Shown here: positions 39,441 through 47,722 of the stretch, piece after piece
Layout: each line of letters begins with the position of its first letter
Numbering within the stretch: position 1 is the stretch's first letter
From: an uncultured Spongiibacteraceae bacterium
Lineage (GTDB): Bacteria > Pseudomonadota > Gammaproteobacteria > Pseudomonadales > Dasaniaceae
Direction of reading: 5' to 3'
DNA length: 62,326 bases
NCBI GenBank assembly: GCA_964401565.1
Contig: CAYNZI010000001.1
Coordinates: 1-62,326 of the forward strand
Translations under genes and position numbers: made by a program
Notes under the pieces: generated by a model
What the model was told of the DNA's origin: nothing
The model's database searches: none
What the model saw: the letters and a program-made list of their open reading frames with translations, nothing else

Positions 39441-40721
39441 ATGGTATTTCGTAAAAAACAAGGTGGTTACGTCGAAATCACGACAATGGCGGCATTGGCA
39501 GTAATGTCAATGTTGGCGTTGGTGCAGGCGGATAAATACATGGAAGACCAGCGAAATATGTTGGCAGAGACTGCTGCGCAAACAGCGGCTCAGATTGTTA
39601 ATGCTATTCGTTCCAAAGTTGCGGTTGATAATGTTGCTATTACTACCGGCACATTTACCGGAACGGGCTGGCTGAAGGATGCAGCCTGCACTGGTGGAAG
39701 CGGCAGTCAGTCGCATCTTTTCTGTTCGTTCAGCGACAGGCTGCCGTTCGGAATGTCGTACTCTACAGTTGTTACCAATGTGGCAGGCGCTGTCACTGCA
39801 ACTCTTACTCTAGGGGCGCCTACAACAAGCGAGGGCGTAACACCCTATCTTGCGGATCATATTGCTGTTGTGATGAATGGTGCAGGCAATACGTTTTGGA
39901 CACCAAACAACCAAACATATTTTCAAGCTAGTGTTGCGGCAGGTTCGGTAGTTCAGGCTGTAGTGTCGAATGCTCCAGCAAACCAAGAGTTTATTGCTCG
40001 CGATGGTACAGCCGGGCCAACTAATCATCACGATTGGAATAACTTTGACATTACCAACATCGGGAATTTGCAGGTCAACGGCTCTGTGGCTGCTGGCTCT
40101 TTGACTACACCCATAGGCAGCATCACAACGCTTAATTCAACGATCGGAAATATCACTACTGTAAATAGCACGACGATGAATGCGACTACATTAAACGTCG
40201 CGGCTGATGCCAATATCGGTGACGATGTGAATGTTACTGATGATCTAAGCGTTGGCGATTTGGTGGATGCGTCAAGAATGGAAACGAATTCATTCAGGCT
40301 GACTGCGAATTCGACTGAGGGTTCAGGGTGTCCAGGGGTTCGGTATTTGGGGGCTACATCCACTGGGAAATACTTGCAGTGCATCGGCGGTATCTGGAAG
40401 AAAATGGGGGAGGGAATTGTTGCTGAGGACCTTTTTGGCACAGATGGCTATGTCGAATTCAGTAATGGCTTTATTGATATGTGGGGAAAAGTTAGAAGCC
40501 CAAATAGCGAGTACGACATCGTTGTAGCCAATTTCCCTCGCCGGTGTCCAGTATTTTTGAATGGAACAACTAACATGAGCAGTAGGTCAGATATACATGA
40601 TGACTACGAGCCAATGATTTATGATTTCACGCAAACCCGCATAAGATTTCGCGGACAAGGTGATCGAGGAAGCTGGTCTGGTAGGGGCAGTATATATTGG
40701 CGAGTGACCTGCCGAGCTTAA
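39441..40721 (+). CDS. pilV: PilV-type tip adhesin with phage tail-fibre-like C-terminus
   Basis: Prepilin leader; WLKD..C; DWNNFDITN; LQCIGGIW; GYVEFSNGFIDMWG..FP. Confidence 0.85.
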   Translation: MVFRKKQGGYVEITTMAALAVMSMLALVQADKYMEDQRNMLAETAAQTAAQIVNAIRSKVAVDNVAITTGTFTGTGWLKDAACTGGSGSQSHLFCSFSDRLPFGMSYSTVVTNVAGAVTATLTLGAPTTSEGVTPYLADHIAVVMNGAGNTFWTPNNQTYFQASVAAGSVVQAVVSNAPANQEFIARDGTAGPTNHHDWNNFDITNIGNLQVNGSVAAGSLTTPIGSITTLNSTIGNITTVNSTTMNATTLNVAADANIGDDVNVTDDLSVGDLVDASRMETNSFRLTANSTEGSGCPGVRYLGATSTGKYLQCIGGIWKKMGEGIVAEDLFGTDGYVEFSNGFIDMWGKVRSPNSEYDIVVANFPRRCPVFLNGTTNMSSRSDIHDDYEPMIYDFTQTRIRFRGQGDRGSWSGRGSIYWRVTCRA

Positions 40722-40732
40722 AGAAATAAAAA

Positions 40733-40764
40733 ATCACTCCTCACTTATGTTGATGGGGAGTGAT
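40733..40764 (+). terminator. Hairpin after pilV
   Basis: atcactcctca...tggggagtgat. Confidence 0.5.
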
Positions 40765-41097
40765 ATCCGACTTCTGGCCTGTTTTGGCCAAACCTCAACA
40801 ATAAAAAAGTAATCTGGTGGCTAATGGATAGTTGCGCCTTTAATTTGGTGTATGGCCTGAACCAAGTTGTGGAGCCTTGGTCTCAGTTTAGAAAAGCATA
40901 GAAAGTTGAGATGGTTTTTATCGTGAAATTTAAGTGGATAATAACAGCTGATTAAGGATGAGTTTATGAAAGGGATGATAGATTACAGCGCTTTTAGACG
41001 TATGCCTCAAAAGTGTTTTACTGAGGCGGTGGGAATTTTTACCGACCGGCCAGCAGTGGAGATGGAAGGGCCCGAAAAGCATCCGGCAATCTTGGTG

Positions 41098-41161
41098 TGA
41101 ATTCCAAGGCTAAATAGTACTGAACACAGCTATGCTGGATTCACACCTATATTTTGTACTG
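41098..41161 (+). repeat. 64-bp hairpin repeat, copy 1
   Basis: 52/64 identical to 44523-44586, ungapped. Confidence 0.8.
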
Positions 41162-41168
41162 TTGAAAA

Positions 41169-41501
41169 TTGGAATTCACATACGGACCAAGGATCTTTTT
41201 TCTCTGTTTAGTTTTCGTGCGTTTTAAAATCTGGGAAATACTCGCGCAGCCCATCCCAGTCCTCTCCTCGAATCATTTTCAAAAACATGCGCTCATGCCC
41301 GTCGTCGATATAGCCCCTTATATTTGTTTTGTAAACCCAAAACAAATATGGCTTAAGGGGCATTCATTAGAGTTAATACAGCAGATACTTGGTCATAAAA
41401 CCGCTGATATGACACTCATATATATAGAGCCGTGGGACAAGCGGATACAGCAGGGATTCGAGCGGTCATGGTCTGGGCTTTATCTTCCAAAATTTAGTTA
41501 A
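41169..41501 (+). pseudogene. C-terminal remnant of a tyrosine recombinase
   Basis: GHSLELIQQILGHKTADMTLIY box II; upstream catalytic motifs missing. Confidence 0.75.
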
Positions 41502-41519
41502 GAATGGCGCGTTTATCCC

Positions 41520-41576
41520 TTGTGGTGGTGTTCAAAGAACACTATAGTTCTAGTCGTAGGGTGTACTATGAACACC
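41520..41576 (+). promoter_or_regulatory. Promoter with two palindromic operators
   Basis: TTGTGG-17-TATAGT; GGTGTTCaaaGAACACt and GGTGTACtatGAACACC flank the -10. Confidence 0.7.
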
Positions 41577-41598
41577 AACGAAATAGCAGTGGTGTTAC

Positions 41599-41805
41599 AT
41601 GAGCGCAAATGATGAATTGAAGGATCTGATGGGCCGCGTCCCTCTGACGCAGCCTGAAGTGGCTGGCATGACAGAATCAGCCGTGAGTACAGTTAAGGGG
41701 TGGTGTTCAGCCATCGGCGCAACACGTTATAGAAACATGCCATCGAGCAAGCTGAAGCTGTTAAAGATTGAGCTGCGCGAGATTGGCAAACTACCAACAA
41801 GCTAA
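41599..41805 (+). CDS. Cro/Xre-like HTH repressor
   Basis: LTQPEVAGMTESAVSTVKGW..R.MP. Confidence 0.8.
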   Translation: MSANDELKDLMGRVPLTQPEVAGMTESAVSTVKGWCSAIGATRYRNMPSSKLKLLKIELREIGKLPTS

Positions 41806-41814
41806 GGACGGGTT

Positions 41815-42042
41815 ATGAAAACGCAAGCTAGAGAAGATTTAGAAAAATACCTTTCACAGTTCCTACCAGATCAAATAGCTGAATGCGCGTGTCCGGCATG
41901 TAATGCGAAATTCGGGACGCTAATACCCGATAAAGAAGATTTTAGTTCTGCGGCAGCCTGCCCTGATTGCGGTGTCACGTTCTTTAAAGTGGTAAGCAAA
42001 GACGGAACCGTTGTGAACACGATCCCTGAATCAGCAAGTTAA
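41815..42042 (+). CDS. Zinc-ribbon protein
   Basis: CPAC...CPDC. Confidence 0.7.
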   Translation: MKTQAREDLEKYLSQFLPDQIAECACPACNAKFGTLIPDKEDFSSAAACPDCGVTFFKVVSKDGTVVNTIPESAS

Positions 42043-42051
42043 GGACAGGCC

Positions 42052-42555
42052 ATGACAGAGTTAATTGCAGCAGGACTTAAGCTAGTTTCTGAAAATGACG
42101 TTTACGACCATGAAGGTCAGCCATCTGTGAAATTTATGCACGGCGGGACGCTAAAGCGTCTTAGTAGCAGTTCTGCAGCGCGTGCAGTCGAGACTGCAAA
42201 TAAGTTTATCAAGGATGAGCATAGAACTGCCGTACTGGCTCCTCAGTATAGCGCCGCTGTAAAGACGCTCTGCGATCTCGCACTTGGCGGTAAGGGCAGT
42301 GGCTCTCATGCAGCAGCTCAAGTATTGCTGAGTTGTTGGAATGGCGATAATTACCATCTGAATGCTACCGGCTTGGGTAATCTTGATGCCGAATACTTTG
42401 AAGCGGCTTTGATGGTGTTGCGCGGTAGAGTTCAAGTCTGGGAAGAACCTCAGAATGTTATCGAGGGTGGCGACGACATCTTTGACAAGTTGGTGCGCGA
42501 GTGGGGCCACCTTAGAACAGATCGTCGTTACTCTGATTTGTACGAACAGGACTAG
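42052..42555 (+). CDS. Conserved plasmid accessory protein
   Basis: GSGS..AAQVLLS.WNG..LD..AL.VL pattern; RBS aagga. Confidence 0.7.
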   Translation: MTELIAAGLKLVSENDVYDHEGQPSVKFMHGGTLKRLSSSSAARAVETANKFIKDEHRTAVLAPQYSAAVKTLCDLALGGKGSGSHAAAQVLLSCWNGDNYHLNATGLGNLDAEYFEAALMVLRGRVQVWEEPQNVIEGGDDIFDKLVREWGHLRTDRRYSDLYEQD

Positions 42556-42564
42556 GTGCGGAAT

Positions 42565-42861
42565 ATGGAATTATCAGAGAACCAAAATAAAGAAGCACTA
42601 AATCACCTGCTTGACTGTGTTATCAATCCTGAAGACAAAGTCTCTGGGATCATTCGTCAAATAATAGGGCAGGGGGTGGATAGTCTTTCAAAAAACCAAA
42701 AACACCACTACGACAATACAATCAAGCCAAGCCTTGTAGAGAAGTGTTCTAGTACGAGCTGCAACCAGCCCACTGTTGCAGGGCGGGCGCATTGCGGTGC
42801 TTGTGCCTTAGAGTACGGCACTGACAGTGAGCATATTACTGATGGCGAGACAGTGGCATAG
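42565..42861 (+). CDS. Hypothetical protein with C-terminal Cys cluster
   Basis: GII...G..SLSKNQ; CxxxxC...CxxC. Confidence 0.65.
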   Translation: MELSENQNKEALNHLLDCVINPEDKVSGIIRQIIGQGVDSLSKNQKHHYDNTIKPSLVEKCSSTSCNQPTVAGRAHCGACALEYGTDSEHITDGETVA

Positions 42862-42872
42862 GGGAACGGAAT

Positions 42873-43139
42873 ATGACTGAAGATCAGGAAGAGATTAACA
42901 AGGAGGGGTATAACGCCTTCTTAGACAATCAAAAAGAATGTTCCAATCCCTATTCTGGCATTGATGCGGAGTACTGGTCTGACGGCTGGGAGGACGCAGC
43001 CGACGACGATAGAGAAAGAACAGCCAAGTCCAATCAAGAATATGCGGACACTGTAACGCCAGAATTTGTCGCTGAGCAAAATGCCCTGCAAGATAAAGCC
43101 TTGTCTGGTGTTCATATCAATGCGCGTAACAGCGCTTAA
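42873..43139 (+). CDS. Rmf/CrpP-fold-like protein
   Basis: EGYNAF....NPY....W..GWEDA. Confidence 0.6.
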   Translation: MTEDQEEINKEGYNAFLDNQKECSNPYSGIDAEYWSDGWEDAADDDRERTAKSNQEYADTVTPEFVAEQNALQDKALSGVHINARNSA

Positions 43140-43274
43140 TTGAGATTGGAAATATGGCGATCAAAGGTAAGAAACTTTTGATCGAATAATAAGACCGCAT
43201 CAGCGAGATGCTAAAGTCAGTTTTCAAAGGCTTGTTTTCGCGAGTTAAATTACCAACTAACCAAGGATAGAAAG

Positions 43275-43673
43275 ATGGCAATACTTGAATTTTATTTTGA
43301 TGATCTAGCCCTAAATAAGGCTGTTGTATATTTGCGTGATGTTAACGCAACTCCAGTATCTGGGTTGTCAGCTAGCGAAGTGAAGGATCTTGTTAGAGAG
43401 TCGTGTATTGGTAAATTTCATAAGGAGTACTCTGGAAAGGCGGCGCATCCATACAAGGTAAACGAAGGTGTCGTATACGGTGCTGTTGTTTGGGGAGGAC
43501 TTCTGTGTGAATTCGGCTCTGTGAAGTCTTGTTCTGGAGATCCAATAAGCAGAGAGGTTGATATTCTTGCTGAGGGGTCTGAAGGGCTAGATTGCGTGAC
43601 AGTACACCTACTTATTAACTTAGATCGTCGGCTAAATACCTGCTTCAAAGAGACGCACGAAGAAATAGCATAA
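43275..43673 (+). CDS. Hypothetical protein
   Basis: ATG with RBS aagga; co-oriented with neighbours. Confidence 0.6.
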   Translation: MAILEFYFDDLALNKAVVYLRDVNATPVSGLSASEVKDLVRESCIGKFHKEYSGKAAHPYKVNEGVVYGAVVWGGLLCEFGSVKSCSGDPISREVDILAEGSEGLDCVTVHLLINLDRRLNTCFKETHEEIA

Positions 43674-43692
43674 TCAAAGGGTAGGACGGAAT

Positions 43693-43977
43693 ATGAGTAC
43701 AGTAACTTTTGACCCAAATGGATGTGAAACACACCCAAATACTGCTTTTGTGGAGTCGTATCTTGGGGGCGTTGGGTGCCTCTGCTTTCCTGATGAAACC
43801 TTTCAGTTCGCAGAGAATGAAACCCCTGAGATTGTCTATTCACCTCGCTTGAGCGAGGCCGAATTGGAGAAGTTTTGTAGTGAAAATTTATCGAAGTACA
43901 AAAAGTATTTTGATGATAATTCCGAGGCGATAGATTTAGGTGATGATTTACCGCCCATTGACCGTTTTTGGGAGTAG
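43693..43977 (+). CDS. Acidic hypothetical protein
   Basis: Starts at the shared CGGAAT-ATG junction. Confidence 0.65.
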   Translation: MSTVTFDPNGCETHPNTAFVESYLGGVGCLCFPDETFQFAENETPEIVYSPRLSEAELEKFCSENLSKYKKYFDDNSEAIDLGDDLPPIDRFWE

Positions 43978-43985
43978 TGCGGAAT

Positions 43986-44525
43986 ATGATGAACTGGAAA
44001 GCATTGAGTAATGGTTTCAATCGGCACTTAAGTAATTGGTTGGAAGAACTTTTTGGCGGCGAAGAGAGCGTCTTGATTGATACCTCAGAGTTTGATAGTG
44101 ACGCTTTTGAGGCGGATGAATTAATATCCGTTCTTGAAATACTGGAGGATATTGCGCCTGTCACAGTGCTTTACCATAAGTGCGGCCCTAGCTTTGTTGA
44201 GCTGCGGCGCGGCCAGCTTGGCGAAGAAAATAACCTCTTGGCACTTAAGCAGGTGAAGTTGGCAATTAAATATGGTCAGCTGAGGCGCATTACCTACCAC
44301 AGGACGGGAAATGCCGTTGATAGCAGTTACAGTTTCTGCGCCGAAATATCCTGCCCGCTCGATAAAGATCGATATACGTCCGGCCGAACCAATCAGTGCT
44401 GGGAGTCGCTGGAGGCGTGTAGGCAAGCCATACACGACATCCTGATGCTGAACCCGCAGAGCAGGGTGGAAGTGCTGGACAGCACAATAGGGCCTACCTT
44501 TGATGAGCGCCATAGTGCGCTATGA
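43986..44525 (+). CDS. Hypothetical protein
   Basis: Starts at CGGAAT-ATG; stop codon is the first triplet of the 64-bp repeat. Confidence 0.65.
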   Translation: MMNWKALSNGFNRHLSNWLEELFGGEESVLIDTSEFDSDAFEADELISVLEILEDIAPVTVLYHKCGPSFVELRRGQLGEENNLLALKQVKLAIKYGQLRRITYHRTGNAVDSSYSFCAEISCPLDKDRYTSGRTNQCWESLEACRQAIHDILMLNPQSRVEVLDSTIGPTFDERHSAL

Positions 44526-44586
44526 ACTCCAAAGCTAAATAGTGCTGCATAGCGCTATTTTGGATTCACAGCAATATTTTGTATTG
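44523..44586 (+). repeat. 64-bp hairpin repeat, copy 2
   Basis: See 41098-41161. Confidence 0.8.
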
Positions 44587-44646
44587 ACGGCCGCCGCCAG
44601 CATAGATCTGGTCGACCTCTTGTACTGATTAAAAAGGATATTAAGT

Positions 44647-45027
44647 ATGCAGCTATATTTTGAAATGGCTTCTCCGAGTAGGTTTGGAGGGGCACCAAAA
44701 GGTAGGGCCGTTCTTCAGTCAAATATCAAATGCACTGAATCTAATGCGGGAAAGTTCATTGTCGCCGTATACCCTCAGTCGGATAGCACCAGCTGGCACT
44801 TCCTATCCCCAGACGGTCAGGTTTGGATAAATGGCATCGATGGGGTGGCAGCCGCAGAAGAATGTATTTTAATGTTTGACTGCCTTGATGGTGCTGGCAA
44901 GGCGCTTGATAGGCAAATGGCTGGTTTTCCCAACTCAACTCGTTGGGCAGTTTTTAAAAGCTTGATCGATGATGGTGGCGATTTACAATTGTTGAGCCAT
45001 AAAGAATACGAACGGGCAGAAGCTTAA
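44647..45027 (+). CDS. Hypothetical protein
   Basis: RBS aagga, ATG. Confidence 0.6.
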   Translation: MQLYFEMASPSRFGGAPKGRAVLQSNIKCTESNAGKFIVAVYPQSDSTSWHFLSPDGQVWINGIDGVAAAEECILMFDCLDGAGKALDRQMAGFPNSTRWAVFKSLIDDGGDLQLLSHKEYERAEA

Positions 45028-45058
45028 AAAGGCTAACCAGTACAAATCACCGCTGTTT

Positions 45059-45092
45059 CTACTCTCGGGTTTCGGATGAAATCCGAGAGTAG
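45059..45092. terminator. Stable hairpin
   Basis: ctactctcgggtttc-ggat-gaaatccgagagtag; no U-tract. Confidence 0.45.
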
Positions 45093-45159
45093 GCGGGCTG
45101 AGTACAGCGTATCGATGTAGATCGGTCACGCCAGTACTAATTATCTTTGGAATCCACAC

Positions 45160-45513
45160 TTGGCCTTGTGCGACTGGTGGAATACCAGTGAAGATACCCT
45201 TGGTGAGTTGAAGAACGCCGTATCATTCCGTCTGTACTCGCGGCGGGATATGGGCGGCATTCTGATTGATGATGTCGAGTTTATTGAGTCTGGGGAGATG
45301 CACCACTGTGTGGCGAGCTATGGTCATTATGTTTCAGATGGCGAATCCTTAATCTACTCTCTGTCTCGCGGCAGCGATCGCTCGACCCTAGATATTGATG
45401 TTAGTGGTCGGAAATGCCGACCCGTTCAGAATCGCGGTCGATTTAATGATGATGTACCTGGAGTGTTTACGGACGCTGGAACCGAGATATGCCGTATAAT
45501 TAACGCCATGTAA
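45160..45513 (+). CDS. Hypothetical protein (start uncertain)
   Basis: Open frame, co-oriented. Confidence 0.45.
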   Translation: MALCDWWNTSEDTLGELKNAVSFRLYSRRDMGGILIDDVEFIESGEMHHCVASYGHYVSDGESLIYSLSRGSDRSTLDIDVSGRKCRPVQNRGRFNDDVPGVFTDAGTEICRIINAM

Positions 45514-45540
45514 AGATTGATTTTTTTGCGGGGAGGTTTT

Positions 45541-45726
45541 GTGGAAGATAAAAATGATTTGCCTAAGGGCGATACCACGGCTGCAAGCCGAATGAGGCGT
45601 CGAGATAAACGCATAAGTGATGCAGGTCTTTCCAATTTAAAAGTTGTTATGCACTCTGATGACGCGGTTGAAGTCAGGGCCCATGCAAAAAAGCTTTATG
45701 AAAAAAGAGGCATTGATCTCGATTAG
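45541..45726 (+). CDS. Small basic DNA-binding-like protein
   Basis: RMRRRDKR..AGL..LKVVMH pattern; RBS ggagg. Confidence 0.6.
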   Translation: MEDKNDLPKGDTTAASRMRRRDKRISDAGLSNLKVVMHSDDAVEVRAHAKKLYEKRGIDLD

Positions 45727-45729
45727 TGG

Positions 45730-45757
45730 TTGACAGCGTAAGCGCTTACGCTATTAT
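45730..45757 (+). promoter_or_regulatory. Promoter with a perfect 18-bp palindromic operator in the spacer
   Basis: TTGACA...TATTAT enclosing AGCGTAAGCGCTTACGCT (45735-45752). Confidence 0.75.
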
Positions 45758-45788
45758 CTCATTACTGATTTAATTTTAAGGTGAAGGC

Positions 45789-46112
45789 ATGGCAAAGGAT
45801 GGCAGCGATCGATTGACTACGGATCTTCTCGGGGCGAAGCCTGGGGCACCGAAAACATCGCGGTTTAGTCGCGATCAGCAATTGTGTAACGCCACCAAGA
45901 AGTCTAATCAGGGGAAGCTTGATCTGGGGCTTGTTCCTCGGCGGTACTGGACGGACAAGACTGTTGCTTTGTCTGTGGCCAAGTTGAAGGATATTCTTGA
46001 CGTTAAGGACGCTGGGGCCGTTGTCGCAGCTTTAATGTCGGGTGTAGTCAGCGAGGCGGATCGCCTGATGGCTGTTGAAATGGCAGAGCGGGAGATTGAG
46101 GCATCCAAGTAA
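45789..46112 (+). CDS. YbfE-like (LexA-regulated RHH family) protein
   Basis: MAKDGSDRLTTDLL..KPGAPKT..SRDQQL matches the YbfE N-terminus MAKEQTDRTTLDLF..RPGRPKT..SRDEQL (recalled). Confidence 0.7.
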   Translation: MAKDGSDRLTTDLLGAKPGAPKTSRFSRDQQLCNATKKSNQGKLDLGLVPRRYWTDKTVALSVAKLKDILDVKDAGAVVAALMSGVVSEADRLMAVEMAEREIEASK

Positions 46113-46163
46113 GTGGTTGGGTGTTTGTGATGTTTAGTGCAGCTTTTAATCAAAGGAGTAGAC

Positions 46164-46481
46164 ATGAAGGGTTGTGAGGTGGCAGGCGTTGCAGATGTTG
46201 GAGTATTGATCGAGAAGAAAGCGGTAGTATTGGAAATTCTGGGGCAAGCTTTAGAGTGGTTGGATCTGGCTAATAAGCTGGCCGGTGAAAATGGCATGGG
46301 GGAGATGAGTGAGTGGGTTCACTGCTGCGCCAAAAAGGATCAGTCAGCTGCTGAACGATTGGCAGGGATTGAGGCAATATTAAATTCTAATGGCTTTAAG
46401 TCTTTAAAGAGCCGCCAAGGCTTTATTTTTAATGTTACGCAAGCGTTACAGCAACAAGGAGAGTATTATGAAAACAGTTAA
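46164..46481 (+). CDS. Hypothetical protein
   Basis: RBS aaggag. Confidence 0.6.
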   Translation: MKGCEVAGVADVGVLIEKKAVVLEILGQALEWLDLANKLAGENGMGEMSEWVHCCAKKDQSAAERLAGIEAILNSNGFKSLKSRQGFIFNVTQALQQQGEYYENS

Positions 46482-46860
46482 AGGATTTTGCTTGAGTCGC
46501 CCTGGTGTCTTTAGAATTAATGTTGATCGCTATACCAAGGAAGGCGGTCATCGGGGCAAGGGCATTCGGGTGATGGTAGCTGGCGGCTTGAGTCGCTACG
46601 ACAAGCTTCGAGCCGACCTAGTGCAGGCGAAGAATGAGGCCAAGCAGGGGCTGATCTCTTGGTTCAAGCAGCGTAATATAATCCGGCAGTTTGAACTGGC
46701 AATTATTCGGGTCAAAATGGAACTGGATGGCTGGGTTGAGATAATATTGCGTGGGTTCAATGATCGCGGTGAAGTGTCGAATGGTGAAGAAGTCGAAATC
46801 AGAGAAGGAGCAGCTGTCTGCTGCCGGTGTCGATCTGGCATCAGGCCGCAAGCTGTATAA
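46468..46860 (+). CDS. Hypothetical basic protein
   Basis: RBS aggag; overlaps upstream stop. Confidence 0.55.
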   Translation: MKTVKGFCLSRPGVFRINVDRYTKEGGHRGKGIRVMVAGGLSRYDKLRADLVQAKNEAKQGLISWFKQRNIIRQFELAIIRVKMELDGWVEIILRGFNDRGEVSNGEEVEIREGAAVCCRCRSGIRPQAV

Positions 46861-46975
46861 CAAAAATTGTGAATACTGTGAAGCTCGGCTGAACGGGGTT
46901 ACATCGCGCAGGAAGTTCTGCGATACCAAATGCCGAATGGCAGCCAAAAGAGCTGGAGATCGTGATGGCGAGTAG
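46781..46975 (+). CDS. CGNR-type zinc-finger-like protein
   Basis: CEYC...RRKFCDTKCRMAAKR. Confidence 0.6.
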   Translation: MVKKSKSEKEQLSAAGVDLASGRKLYNKNCEYCEARLNGVTSRRKFCDTKCRMAAKRAGDRDGE

Positions 46976-47312
46976 TGAGCTTAATGTTACCAGTGTGCGC
47001 GCAGCGCCAATTAAAGGTGTTACGACAGGGGGGCGAGTCTATAGATTCGAGGTATCATCTACGTGTTGATGCTGGAGCGTGGACGTATCGCAGTGCTACC
47101 CCGCGACTGCACAAGCTTACTTCCTGGCCTTAAAACAATTGGTGCGGTTGCGGGGTCGGGAAATCGTCCTCGGGTAAGCGCGCAGGGAAAGGCTGATTTG
47201 CTTGAGTTGTGTGACCAGATAGAGTGGCTAAAATCTGCGGTGTTGCATCTGGTGGGGGCTGAGTGTGAGAAACCCTGATCCTGTATGTGGTGTGGAGTCC
47301 GGTAAGCAGCGT

Positions 47313-47597
47313 ATGGATAAGCCAGTCCTAAATATTGTGAAGCCAATGATTGAGTATTGGGTTGGCGATAGTGCGGGGATGCAAATTCCGGCCTCGAAGT
47401 TGAGTGTGAAGTGTAAGTGGCAGGTTGATATCCTGGTGCTGGAGTCATCGGGGCTTGTGACAGAGTTTGAGGTCAGCTTTGATCGGAAGATGAAAATCTC
47501 TGAACTTCTTGATGTGATGATGAATGAGGTTATTGGTGCTACATGCGAGGCGTGGGGCATCGTTGATCGCGTAAATTGTGGGCTTCGGATTTACTGA
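47313..47597 (+). CDS. Hypothetical protein
   Basis: Open frame, co-oriented. Confidence 0.45.
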   Translation: MDKPVLNIVKPMIEYWVGDSAGMQIPASKLSVKCKWQVDILVLESSGLVTEFEVSFDRKMKISELLDVMMNEVIGATCEAWGIVDRVNCGLRIY

Positions 47598-47722
47598 GTT
47601 GGGAGGTTTGCCGGTGTTGATTGGTTTGTTGAGAGGTATGGGCAGTGATTGGCGTCTTGCAGTGCCTCTGGCTGTTTACTATTTTGTTTGTTTCTTAAAA
47701 TGCCTGAAGGATCGGTGAATTT

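Noticed and set aside
40370-41501. Active shufflon after pilV
   Set aside because: No further copies of the hinge sequence or alternative tip cassettes were found, and the recombinase is only a fragment.
41098-44586. Classical integron with attC sites
   Set aside because: Repeats lack RYYYAAC/GTTRRRY ends and I saw no IntI-type features in the recombinase at 49951.
46965-47278. Possible frameshifted gene across 46965-47069 and 47063-47278
   Set aside because: No recognisable homology supports either a fusion or two genes.
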